A stretch of DNA of 64,000 bases from assembly GCF_046119375.1 (NCBI RefSeq), contig NW_027362761.1, positions 92,132,001 to 92,196,000 of the forward strand, given 5' to 3'. Below the pieces are notes generated by a model. That model saw only the letters and a program-made list of their open reading frames with translations, was not told the origin of the DNA and searched no databases. This document shows, piece after piece, positions 39,902 to 49,849 of the stretch. The position numbers and the translations under genes are program-made. This DNA is from Phyllobates terribilis. Its lineage: Eukaryota. Every line of letters starts with the position of its first letter. The first letter of the stretch is position 1.

Positions 39902-39919
39902 TGGTGGCAGCGGTGGGAT
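39902..39919 (+). promoter_or_regulatory. Primer-binding site complementary to tRNA-Leu
   Basis: TGGTGGCAGCGGTGGGAT is the reverse complement of ATCCCACCGCTGCCACCA, the 3' end of vertebrate tRNA-Leu(AAG/TAG); it lies 2 nt after the LTR end. Confidence 0.85.
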
Positions 39920-40044
39920 ACTACTAAGCCTGGTTTATCCAGGAGAGGTGCAGGAGACTGGTGTTCGTGGACACCATCCAGGGGCTCAACAACCAGGGAG
40001 GCATATAAGCATACCCAGCAAGCCATAGGTGAGACATACAGGTT

Positions 40045-41619
40045 TTGGACACTGCCATGTCCAACCTCACCAGCTCAGTCATGGGACAAGGGCCAGAGAG
40101 GAGATACGACCGCAGCAGAAAATGGATGCTACAGGATATGTGCCAGAGACGAAATGTTGAATACAGGAGCGCAGACACTCGGGCGGCTTTGATCCAGAAA
40201 TTGGTCCATTGGGAGATCCAGAATGAGGTGGAGGACGATGAGAACCCTGTCGACGTTGTACCCGAGGATTTCCACCCTGTGTCTCATCCTGGGTCCTGTG
40301 ACAATCTGGAAACCACCCAATCCCCAGCAGAACAAGCCACGGAATGGTTGGCTGCCTTGGGGCCTGAAGCTTCAAGAGAAGAAAGGGCTGGTGTTTTACA
40401 AGCAGTGCTTGGAGCTCCAATTTCCTTAACACCAGCGCCCACCTCCACAATAGACCGTCACCAAGGAATTCATCTTCGCTACAGTGACGTACCAGTGATG
40501 AATGAATCAAGCACGGAGATTGATGAACACTTGCAAAACTTTGAGGTGATGATTTGTATGCACAGGGTGCCCACAGCTGAGTGGCCCAGATACCTGTGGA
40601 CAAGTTTGCCTGGTCGGGCCCAGGAGGCTGTCCGATCACTTGGGCCTCAGGATTGCTTGGACTATGGAATTATTAAGGACAATCTGTTGACCCTTTTTGC
40701 CATAACTCCTGAGAGATATCGCATTAAGTTCCAGACTATGCCTCGCCAGGGTGTCTCCTACGTCGAATATGGCAGTCAGCTCCGACGACACTGTAACCGC
40801 TGGCTCGATGGTCGGGCTATCCACTCTGCTGCTGCCCACAGGGACATGATAGTACTCGAACAGCTTATGGAAAAGATGGACCCAGAAATACGAGAATGGG
40901 TGGTGGACAGGAAGCCTGACACCCCCGAGCAAGCAGCCCGATTGGCTGACGAATTTACAGCCAACTGACCCAGCTGGAGACCCAATAGACCCACCGATCC
41001 CAGGAGGTTCCTCAACCATGGATCCCAGCGACCTCCAGACTCCCGTGCTGGACTATCTCACTATGCCACAGAAGCCCCAACAGGGCAAAAGCTTACCAAC
41101 AGGGCCCGTGATTTGCCTAACCCATGACGCTGTTATACGTGTGGGCGCCTTCGACACATGGCCAAAGAGTGTCTTCAAAACCGGGGCCCCATGCCTGGAG
41201 CCCGTCTGCCAGCTCAACCAGTCAACATATGCAGAGATGAACAAGCGAGGCTTGGAGGATACTACCCCCACAAAACACCTGCAGCTGAGGAGGTGATTTA
41301 CCCGATCCACACCTTGCGGCAGGCCGGACACCGTACACCAGCCAACCTCAATCGCCACATACAGACGGTCAAGGTTGGTGGGATACCGGCTAAGGGACTT
41401 CCAGACACTGAATCCTCAATCACCCTGGTTAGCCCAGATATTGTTCCCGCCGAACATCATTTACCAGGCCGCCAAATGACCATCTCCCTTGCTGGGGGCC
41501 AGCGATCAAACATCCCTCTGGCACGAGTGCAGTTGGACTGGGGAACTGACCAGGGAGAGGTTGAAGTGGGGCTCATGGACGGCCTCCCAACCTATGCCTC
41601 CCAACCTTTTGGTAAATGA
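40045..41619 (+). pseudogene. gag: Gmr1-like gag-protease (SCAN-like capsid, zinc knuckle, aspartic protease)
   Basis: RDMIVLEQLMEKMDPEIREWVVDRKPDTPEQAARLADEF (SCAN-like); CYTCGRLRHMAKEC knuckle; GLPDTESSITLV protease. One reading frame broken by TGA at 40966 and 41125. Confidence 0.88.
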
Positions 41620-42279
41620 CCTAGGACAAGGATTATCCAGCCAGTTCGTCACCGCCATCACCCGCAGCCAAGCCAAGAATCAACCGTGTGCAGATCTTTC
41701 TACCAACCCATCTGAGGATAACCCACCCCCTTCGGTCTTCAGCCTCCTCTTCTGAGCCAACAAATGTGAGTACATCAAACCAAACTGTGGCCATTGACTG
41801 GGGGGAGATAGTGTTAGAACCTTGCTCTTAGGTTTTTTCCTTTGCTGGTCACATGACCTTGTTGGCCTATTTAATCCTGCTCCGCCCTTCTGGCTTTGCT
41901 GGACTTCATTGTATAACTACTTTCTAGCTAGCCTGTGCTCTGTATCTAACTCTGTTAGTTTGCTTGGTCTACGGACCTCTATGTTCTATATATTTTGTTT
42001 GTTCGTCTGTCTGCTACTATTTCTGTTAGGAGGTGTCCCATTTTCCTCCCAGTCCTTAGCACTTGTAGGGATTCCTTCCCCACATCTATAGGTCTCCGTA
42101 CAGACTAGCTTAGGACTTTAGCAGGTCTGATCGCAGGATCAGGTTCCCTGTTACATCGCAGGGATTCAGCTGAGTTCTATCGTAGGGACAGATCTCCTCT
42201 CTTTCCTTAGCTCTGGTAGCAGAACATAACAGTAAGTCCAGCCTGCAAATTCTCTAAGGAAAGATTTTTCTGTTCCATC

Positions 42280-43950
42280 ATGGTGTCGGTTCAGGATTTG
42301 GCTCATCGCCTGCAGGGACTCTCTCTGGAGGTGGCCGAGCTCTGTCAGCACGTGAGTAACTGTCCTGGAGCACATTTCTTGGAGCCTAAGGTATGTTTGC
42401 CGGATTTATTTTTTGGTGAACACCGAGAATTTTTTTCATTTAAAAATGCTTGCTTATTGTATTTTCGTTTGAGACCCAAGTCCTCTGGGGATGAATCCCA
42501 GCGCATAGGGTTAATAATGTCACTTTTGCGCAAAGAGCCTCAGGAGTGGGCCTTTTCTTTGCAACCTAGTGATACATGCTTCAGATCAGTGGATAGTTTT
42601 TTTTCTGCTTTGGGACTATTATATGATGATCCTGACCGTGTCGCATCAGCTGAGACTGAGTTGAGACGTTTGAAACAGGGATCAGGTAATGTGGAAAAAT
42701 ATTGTACTCATTTCCGTCGTTGGTCTACTCAAACAGGGTGGAACGATTCTGCTCTGAAAAGTCTATTTCTTGCTGGGCTCAATGAAAGGGTTAAAGACCT
42801 GCTAATTGCTTATCCTACACCTGAAGATTTGCAACAGGCTATGCAATTAGCTATACGGGTGGATAGGAGACTGCGTGCAAGGGTTAATGAGAGCAAATCC
42901 TCTGCTATGTCAGTTTCTGGTTATGAGAATGTGTGTACTAACAGTGGTGAACCGATGGAGATTGGATCGGTGGCACCTCGCTCTCAAGAAAAAGACCGTA
43001 GATTTTTTGAAGGCTTGTGTTTCTATTGCGGAAAATCTGGTCATTTGATTAAAGGCTGTGAGCTTCGTATGAAGAAAGAAAAAAAAATGGTCAGTCATGC
43101 CCGTATTGCCTGTTTAAATTCCAAGGGTGTATTTTTAGCTGCTTCCACGATTGCTCAGGAAAAATTAATGGAATTTCGGGTGTTTGTTGATTGCGGGTCT
43201 ACTCTGAATGTAATTGATGGGGGATTCTTGGAAAGACTCAATTTAAAACCCGAACCTTTATCATCCCCCATTGCTGTGGTTTCTGTGGATGGTTCCCCTT
43301 TGAAGAATATTACTCTCAAGGTCTGTGAATTTCCTCTCACTATTAATGGTGTTCACCATGAGAAATTGGATTTGGTAGTGTTGAATAACTTGCCTTCTCC
43401 AGTAATATTGGGATTGCCCTGGTTAAAATTTCACAATCCTGTACTGGATTGGTCTACCAGTGAAATTAAATCCTGGAGCCATAAATGTTATGACAAGTGT
43501 TGTAACGGGCGTATTGCAGCTTTGGATAGGGGAGAATTGCCTGTTCCTATTCAGGATTTTTGGAGAGTTTTTTCTGAGAAAGAATCGCAGGTTTTGCCTC
43601 CCCATAGAGACTATGATTGTTCTATTGAATTTGTCCCTGGAGCGACTCTTCCTAAAAGTCGTTTATTTAACCTTACTATTCCTGAGAGGAAGGCTTTGGA
43701 GGAATACATACAGACAAGTTTGGCCGCCGGTCACATTAGGCCTTCTAAGTCTCCTGTGGCGGTTGGATTTTTTTTTGTAAAAAAAAAGGACGGCGGTTTA
43801 CGTCCTTGTCTGGATTTTCGTGAGATTAACAAAATTACTGTACGCAATCCTTACCCACTGCCATTGATTCCTGATCTGTTTAACCAGTTAATGGGGGCCA
43901 AGTGGTTCTCTAAAATTGACCTTAAGGGGGCATACAACTGTTGCGCATGA
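42280..43950 (+). CDS. gag: Gag-protease-RT start (first part of the polyprotein)
   Basis: Retrotransposon gag domain, CFYCGKSGHLIKGC knuckle, FVDCGST protease, RT start (FFVKKKDGGLRPCLDFREIN); frameshift near 43938. Confidence 0.92.
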   Translation: MVSVQDLAHRLQGLSLEVAELCQHVSNCPGAHFLEPKVCLPDLFFGEHREFFSFKNACLLYFRLRPKSSGDESQRIGLIMSLLRKEPQEWAFSLQPSDTCFRSVDSFFSALGLLYDDPDRVASAETELRRLKQGSGNVEKYCTHFRRWSTQTGWNDSALKSLFLAGLNERVKDLLIAYPTPEDLQQAMQLAIRVDRRLRARVNESKSSAMSVSGYENVCTNSGEPMEIGSVAPRSQEKDRRFFEGLCFYCGKSGHLIKGCELRMKKEKKMVSHARIACLNSKGVFLAASTIAQEKLMEFRVFVDCGSTLNVIDGGFLERLNLKPEPLSSPIAVVSVDGSPLKNITLKVCEFPLTINGVHHEKLDLVVLNNLPSPVILGLPWLKFHNPVLDWSTSEIKSWSHKCYDKCCNGRIAALDRGELPVPIQDFWRVFSEKESQVLPPHRDYDCSIEFVPGATLPKSRLFNLTIPERKALEEYIQTSLAAGHIRPSKSPVAVGFFFVKKKDGGLRPCLDFREINKITVRNPYPLPLIPDLFNQLMGAKWFSKIDLKGAYNCCA

Positions 43951-46346
43951 AGGAGGGTGACGAATGGAAGACTGCTTTTAACACTCCTGTGGGTCATTTT
44001 GAGAATCTGGTTATGCCTTTTGGTCTTACTAATGCTCCTGCATTTTTTCAGAATCTTATTAATGACATCCTTAGACCTTTGATCGGCAAAAATGTGGTTG
44101 TGTATTTGGATGACATTTTGATTTATTCGCCGGATCTGGAGTCTCATTGGCGGAGCGTACGTGAGGTATTACAGTTATTAATGGACAATTCGCTTTTTGC
44201 TAAGCTGGAGAAATGTGAGTTCGCTGTACAGAGAATTAGTTTTTTGGGTTACATTATCTCCAGCGATGGTTTTGAGATGGACCCGGTGAAAGTTCAAGCT
44301 GTACAGGAATGGCCTAGGCCTATTGGTTTGAAATCGATACAGAGGTTTTTAGGTTTCGCCAATTATTACAGAAAATTCATAAAAAAATTTTCTAGTATTG
44401 TCAAACCTCTGACAGATCTCACCAGGAAAGGTGCTGATGCGGTTCAGTGGTCTTCTGAGGCCATTGAAGCTTTTGTGTATCTCAAGGAGAGGTTCACCTC
44501 TGCTCCCATCCTTATGCAGCCTGATGTGACTAAGCCGTTTTTGGTTGAGGTTGATGCTTCCTCTGTGGGGGTTGGCGCAGTATTGTCTCAGGATAACGGG
44601 GATGGATTACATCCCTGTGCCTTTTTTTCAAAAAATTTTTCGGAGACTGAACTGAATTACGATATTGGTAATCGGGAATTGCTGGCTATTAAACTCGCAT
44701 TTGAACACTGGCGCCACTTCTTGGAAGGTGCGGAATTTCCCGTTCAGGTTCTTACGGATCATAAAAATCTGATATATCTTGATGCTGCCAAGCGCCTGAA
44801 TGCCCGTCAGGCTAGGTGGGCACTGTTTTTTTCGCGGTTTAATTTCTCCGTTACTTACATCCCTGGTACTAAGAATGTTAAGGCGGATGCCTTGTCTCGC
44901 AGTTTTTCTCCCATAGTCGGTGCTGAGAAAGAGGAGAACATTTTACAAGAAGGTGTTGTGATAGCTGCTTTGGACTCCGTTTTGGAAGATGAGATTCTTA
45001 AAGCACAGGAGAATACCCCATCTAACACTCCTCATGGGAGGTTGTTTGTGCCTGGGACCTTTAGGAGAGATTTGTTTGTTGAGTGTCACGAGTCTCGGTT
45101 GGCAGGTCATCCCGGAATCTCTGAGACCAAGAGACTGGTGGGTCGCAGTTTTTGGTGGCCTGGATGGCAGAAGGAGGTCATTAAGTGGGTGCGTCAATGT
45201 ACTATATGTGCTAGATCTAAGTCCTCACATACTCCTGCTGCGGGGTTGCTTTGTCCTTTGGAGGTTCCCAGTGCTCCTTGGACACATTTGGCTATGGACT
45301 TTATAACTGACCTTCCCCCCTCTGAGGGTTTTACTGTTATCTGGGTGGTCGTGGACCGTTTTAGCAAGATGTGTCACTTGGTTCCCTTTGTCAAACTGCC
45401 CTGCGCTAAAACTCTCGCTAAGGCCTTTGTCAAGGAAATTGTCAGACTTCATGGCGTTCCTACTGACATTGTTTCTGATAGGGGTCCTCAGTTCGTGGCT
45501 CGTTTTTGGCGTGCCTTTTGTGACAGGTTGGGAGTTCATTTGTCGTTCTCGTCCGGATATCATCCTGAATCTAATGGCCAGACAGAAAGGAAAAACCAGG
45601 ATGTTGAGCAGTTCTTGCGTTGTTTTGTGGCAGACAATCAAGAGGGGTGGTCTGAGTTTCTGCCACTTGCTGAATTTGCTCTGAACAATCATACATCTTC
45701 TTCTGCTGGTTGTTCGCCTTTTCTTTGTTGTTCTGGGAGACATCCGTCGTTTGGGTCGTTCTCCAAGTTGGGATCTGCCGTGCCTGAGGAGGAGAATTTT
45801 TCCGATGATTTGGAGAGAGTTTGGACGGATGTGCGTGGTAATCTTCAGGAGGCCAACAGAAAATCTAAAGACTACTTTGATAGGAAACGACAGGAGGTTT
45901 TGTTCGCTGTTGGTGACATGGTTTGGTTGTCCTCTAGGAATCTGCGGTTGAGGATTCCTTCTAAGAAATTGGGTCCCAAGTTTGTAGGGCCCTTTAAGGT
46001 GCTTCAGGTTGTCAACCAATCTGCTGTTAGGTTGGAGGTTCCTACCTCCTGGAGAATTAATCCGGTATTTCATGTCTCTCTGTTAAAAAAAGCTGTTGTG
46101 TCGGATATTGACGCCTCTGCCTCTGTTCCTCCGGTGGTGGAGGATAGGGAATATGAAATTTCTCGCATCCTTAACTCTAGACGGTATAGAGGTAGTTTGC
46201 AGTATCTTGTGGCCTGGAAAGGTTTCGGACCCGAGGATAACTCTTGGGTGAGGTCAGATGATGTTTCCGCGTCCAGACTTATCAGAGCGTTTCACAGGAG
46301 ATTTCCTGATAAGCCTGGTCCTAGGGGATCCGGAGGATCCTCTTAG
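43941..46346 (+). CDS. pol: RT-RNase H-integrase-chromodomain (second part of the polyprotein)
   Basis: YLDD; EVDASSVGVGAVL; HHCC zinc finger, MDF/SDRG/ER triad, GPF module; YEISRILNSRR..LQYLVAWKGFGPEDNSW chromodomain. Confidence 0.95.
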   Translation: MRMKEGDEWKTAFNTPVGHFENLVMPFGLTNAPAFFQNLINDILRPLIGKNVVVYLDDILIYSPDLESHWRSVREVLQLLMDNSLFAKLEKCEFAVQRISFLGYIISSDGFEMDPVKVQAVQEWPRPIGLKSIQRFLGFANYYRKFIKKFSSIVKPLTDLTRKGADAVQWSSEAIEAFVYLKERFTSAPILMQPDVTKPFLVEVDASSVGVGAVLSQDNGDGLHPCAFFSKNFSETELNYDIGNRELLAIKLAFEHWRHFLEGAEFPVQVLTDHKNLIYLDAAKRLNARQARWALFFSRFNFSVTYIPGTKNVKADALSRSFSPIVGAEKEENILQEGVVIAALDSVLEDEILKAQENTPSNTPHGRLFVPGTFRRDLFVECHESRLAGHPGISETKRLVGRSFWWPGWQKEVIKWVRQCTICARSKSSHTPAAGLLCPLEVPSAPWTHLAMDFITDLPPSEGFTVIWVVVDRFSKMCHLVPFVKLPCAKTLAKAFVKEIVRLHGVPTDIVSDRGPQFVARFWRAFCDRLGVHLSFSSGYHPESNGQTERKNQDVEQFLRCFVADNQEGWSEFLPLAEFALNNHTSSSAGCSPFLCCSGRHPSFGSFSKLGSAVPEEENFSDDLERVWTDVRGNLQEANRKSKDYFDRKRQEVLFAVGDMVWLSSRNLRLRIPSKKLGPKFVGPFKVLQVVNQSAVRLEVPTSWRINPVFHVSLLKKAVVSDIDASASVPPVVEDREYEISRILNSRRYRGSLQYLVAWKGFGPEDNSWVRSDDVSASRLIRAFHRRFPDKPGPRGSGGSS

Positions 46347-46886
46347 AAGGGGGGGTACTGTTAGAACCTTGCTCTTAGGTTTTTTCCTTTGCTGGTCACA
46401 TGACCTTGTTGGCCTATTTAATCCTGCTCCGCCCTTCTGGCTTTGCTGGACTTCATTGTATAACTACTTTCTAGCTAGCCTGTGCTCTGTATCTAACTCT
46501 GTTAGTTTGCTTGGTCTACGGACCTCTATGTTCTATATATTTTGTTTGTTCGTCTGTCTGCTACTATTTCTGTTAGGAGGTGTCCCATTTTCCTCCCAGT
46601 CCTTAGCACTTGTAGGGATTCCTTCCCCACATCTATAGGTCTCCGTACAGACTAGCTTAGGACTTTAGCAGGTCTGATCGCAGGATCAGGTTCCCTGTTA
46701 CATCGTAGGGATTCAGCTGAGTTCTATCGTAGGGACAGATCTCCTCTCTTTCCTTAGCTCTGGTAGCAGAACATAACAGATAGATCGTAAGGAGTTCAGG
46801 GAAGCCCACCTGACAGACCAAACCCTAGAGAGTATCCGTAGTGCGGCTGCCCAATCTTGGGGAGGAAATCAGGGGGAGGTGTATAG

Positions 46887-47839
46887 ATGGGAAAGAGGCC
46901 TTTTATATTGGGAAAAGCCCACATCCTGCCCAGAAAGACATTGGACCCGTGTACATCAGCATGTGGTACCCCAGCAATACCGACCCAACTACTGCGCTTA
47001 GCTCATGATGTTCCCGCAGCTGGGCACATGGGGACCAAAAAGACCAGGGCCCGCCTGTTGCGTAGTTTTTTTTGGCCAAGGGTCACTCAAGAAGTGAAGA
47101 ACTACAGAGCCTCTTGTCCAGTGTGTCAACATATGGGTGGAGCCCCATGTCAGGCCCCACTCCAACCCATGCCTTTGATAGGGGAGCCGTTCCAGATAGG
47201 TGTCATTGATTTAGTAGGCCCCTTAGCCATCCCCAGCCGCAGAAGCCACTGCCTTGACTTCCATAGATGCAGAACATGGGGCTCAAGCTTTACTGGACAT
47301 CTTTAGCCAAGTAGGGTTTCCACAAGAAGTATTAACTGACCAGGCGCCACAGTTCCAAAGTGAACTGATTCAGACCCTCTGGGAGAAACATGGAGTCCGC
47401 CCCATGCGCACAACCTCCTACCATCCTAAAACGAATGGATTGTGTGAGCGCTTCAATGGGAACCCTGAAACAGCTCATTAGCCGTTATGTAGAGGCCGAG
47501 GGAGGGGACTGGGAGAAAAACCTGCAGCAGCTCCTTTTTGCTTACAGGGAGGTGCCGCAGGACTCCACCGGGTTCTCCCACTTCGAATTGCTGTACGGCC
47601 GAAAAGTACGGGGCCCCTTAGAGCTGGTACGAGAAAGTTGGGAGGGCACCTTCCCCACAGAAGAGGTTCCCATCCTAGATTATGTTCAAAAATTTAGGGA
47701 AAGGATGAGGCACCTCATGGCATTAGCCCACGGGAACTTAGAAGTGGCTCAGGAAAGGCAAAAACGATGTTATGACCGCGCTGCCCGACTCCGAGAATTT
47801 GCCTGTGGACAGAAGGTCCTAGTATTCTTACCGGTATGA
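46887..47839 (+). pseudogene. pol: Gmr1-like integrase
   Basis: HDVPAAGHMG...CPVCQ, IDLVGP, VLTDQAPQF, YHPKTNGLCERFNG; frameshifted. Confidence 0.88.
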
Positions 47840-48254
47840 AAAAACAAACTGCAAGCCATGTGGGCAGGTCCATTAACCATTACCAGGAAATGTGGCAATA
47901 CTGACTACACCATGGCCTTGGACCGAGCAAGGGTTCATGAGCGTACCTACCATGTTAACAGGCTAAAAGCTTATGAGGAGAGAGAGGTCACCAACTTAGC
48001 AGTTTGTTGTGCCAATTTAGATGACCCTGATATAGACCAGATCCCAGACCTATTAGTGGACTTCAAAAGGGACATGGGGGTAAAAGATGTATCACTGGGG
48101 GAACAGCTGTGTCCATCACAGAAGCAACAGTTATCAGACGTACTCAGCCCATATGTACGTCTCATATGTACCGAGCTTGCTCGGCTGAACACCTTGGGTC
48201 CGGCATCATGTCAACACAGGGGTATTCACTCCACTACGCCAACCCGCCTACCGA

Positions 48255-49523
48255 GTGACACCACCGGTGTTGGCAATGATGAAGGCCGAGGTGGATGACA
48301 TGTTAAACATGGGAGTCATAGTCCCCTCCCAAAGCCCATGGGCTGCCAGTGTTGTGCTGGTGCAAAAAAAGGACAAGAATACTCGTTTCTGTGTGGACTA
48401 TAGACGGCTCAATGAGATCACAGTTACGGATGCCTACCCCATGCCCCGGGTGGATGAACTACTAGATCGGTTGGGGGGATCTCGGTTTATATCCACCCTC
48501 GATCTGAGCAAGGGATACTGGCAGATCCCACTCACAAGAGAGGCTCAAGAGAAATCAGCTTTCATAACCCCTTTTGGCCTATATGAGTTCACCAGCATGC
48601 CTTTAGGGATGAAGAATGCCCCGGCTACCTTCCAAAGGATGGTGGAGCATTTACTAGAGGGATGTCAGGGGTATGCCCAGGCCTATTTGGATGACATCGC
48701 TATCTTCAGTGACACCTGGGAAGAGCATCTTCAGCACGTGTCCCTGGTGCTGCAAAGGGTAGCCAAAGCCCAGCTCACCATCCGACCTGACAAATGCCAA
48801 ATGGGGATGGCCGAGGTGTTATACCTGGGACATCGGGTGGGAACAGAGTGCATTCGTCCAGAACCAGCAAAAGTAGAAGCAATTACCCAGTGGCCGCGCC
48901 CAGTCAACCAAAAACAGGTCCGCGCGTTTTTGGGCACCGCAAACTATTATAGAAAATTTATCCCCAATTACAGCACCGTAGCAAAACCGCTCACTGACCT
49001 CACAACCAAAAAATATGCCCGCAACCTTATCTGGACCCCAGAATGTGAAGCTGCGTTCCTCCAGTTGAAAGACCGGCTAGCCCAGAGCCCAGTTCTGACT
49101 GCGCCTGACTTCCGACGTAGGTTCATTGTCCAAACCGATGCATCAGACACAGGACTTGGAGCGGTACTTAGCCAAGTGGGGACTGACGATGAGGAACAGC
49201 CGATAGCTTATCTCTCCCGGAAACTGTTGGACCGAGAGAGGGCCTACGCCACCATAGAAAAGGAATGCCTGGCCATAGTCTGGGCCCTAAAAAAATTGCA
49301 GCCCTACCTCTATGGCAATGAATTTACAGTCCTCACTGACCACAATCCATTGAGTTGGCTAAACCGCACTGCTGGGGACAACGGGCGATTGCTTAGGTGG
49401 AGTCTGGCGTTACAATCCTACAATTTCTCCATCTCACATAAATGGGGCAAGAACCATGGAAATGCGGATGGACTGTCCCGACAGGTGGAGATGGATGATC
49501 GGAAGCCTATCATGTCTGGCTAA
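48255..49523 (+). pseudogene. pol: Gmr1-like reverse transcriptase-RNase H
   Basis: RFCVDYRRLN, YLDDIAIFS, QTDASDTGLGAVL, TDHNPL; lies downstream of the integrase. Confidence 0.92.
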
Positions 49524-49849
49524 ATAAGAAGGGGGAGGAATATGACGAAATGGACCCGTTTTATATACAACATAGGATGATTTCTTATTTATCCGGACAA
49601 TTTGGTATTTTGTGGCGAACTCGTAATATGCCACTCATGGGTTAAGTTCTTACAATCTAGCTGGACACTATTTTGTATACCCATTGTTTCTAGAGTCTTG
49701 TTGATATTGGTGATGTTAACCTAGGTAATGCAATTATCTCTCTTCTGTAGGAGACATTCGGTTTGCAAGTTATGACATTAGAACAATGCTGGCTGAGACA
49801 ATTTACATAGAGTCAACAATCCACATAGTAATACAATGGCATTCTACCA

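Larger units (their letters stand above)
41812..46778 (+). mobile_element. Full-length chromodomain Gypsy element (Tf1/sushi-like), very young
   Basis: 420-bp LTRs (41812-42231, 46359-46778) differing at one base; 5-bp TSD GATAG; PPT AGAAGGGGGGGTAC. Confidence 0.97.
38823..49846 (+). mobile_element. Gmr1-like Gypsy LTR retrotransposon (gag-PR-INT-RT-RH), decayed and interrupted by a nested element
   Basis: 5' LTR TGTGACG...TGCA (38823-39899), tRNA PBS, SCAN-type gag, integrase upstream of RT, PPT, and a truncated 3' LTR from 49541. Confidence 0.92.

Noticed and set aside
43930-43950. Programmed ribosomal frameshift
   Set aside because: It falls inside RT, has no slippery heptamer, and one added base restores the conserved GAYNLLR motif.
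45225-46073. 282-aa minus-strand ORF
   Set aside because: An antisense shadow of the integrase frame with no independent motif.
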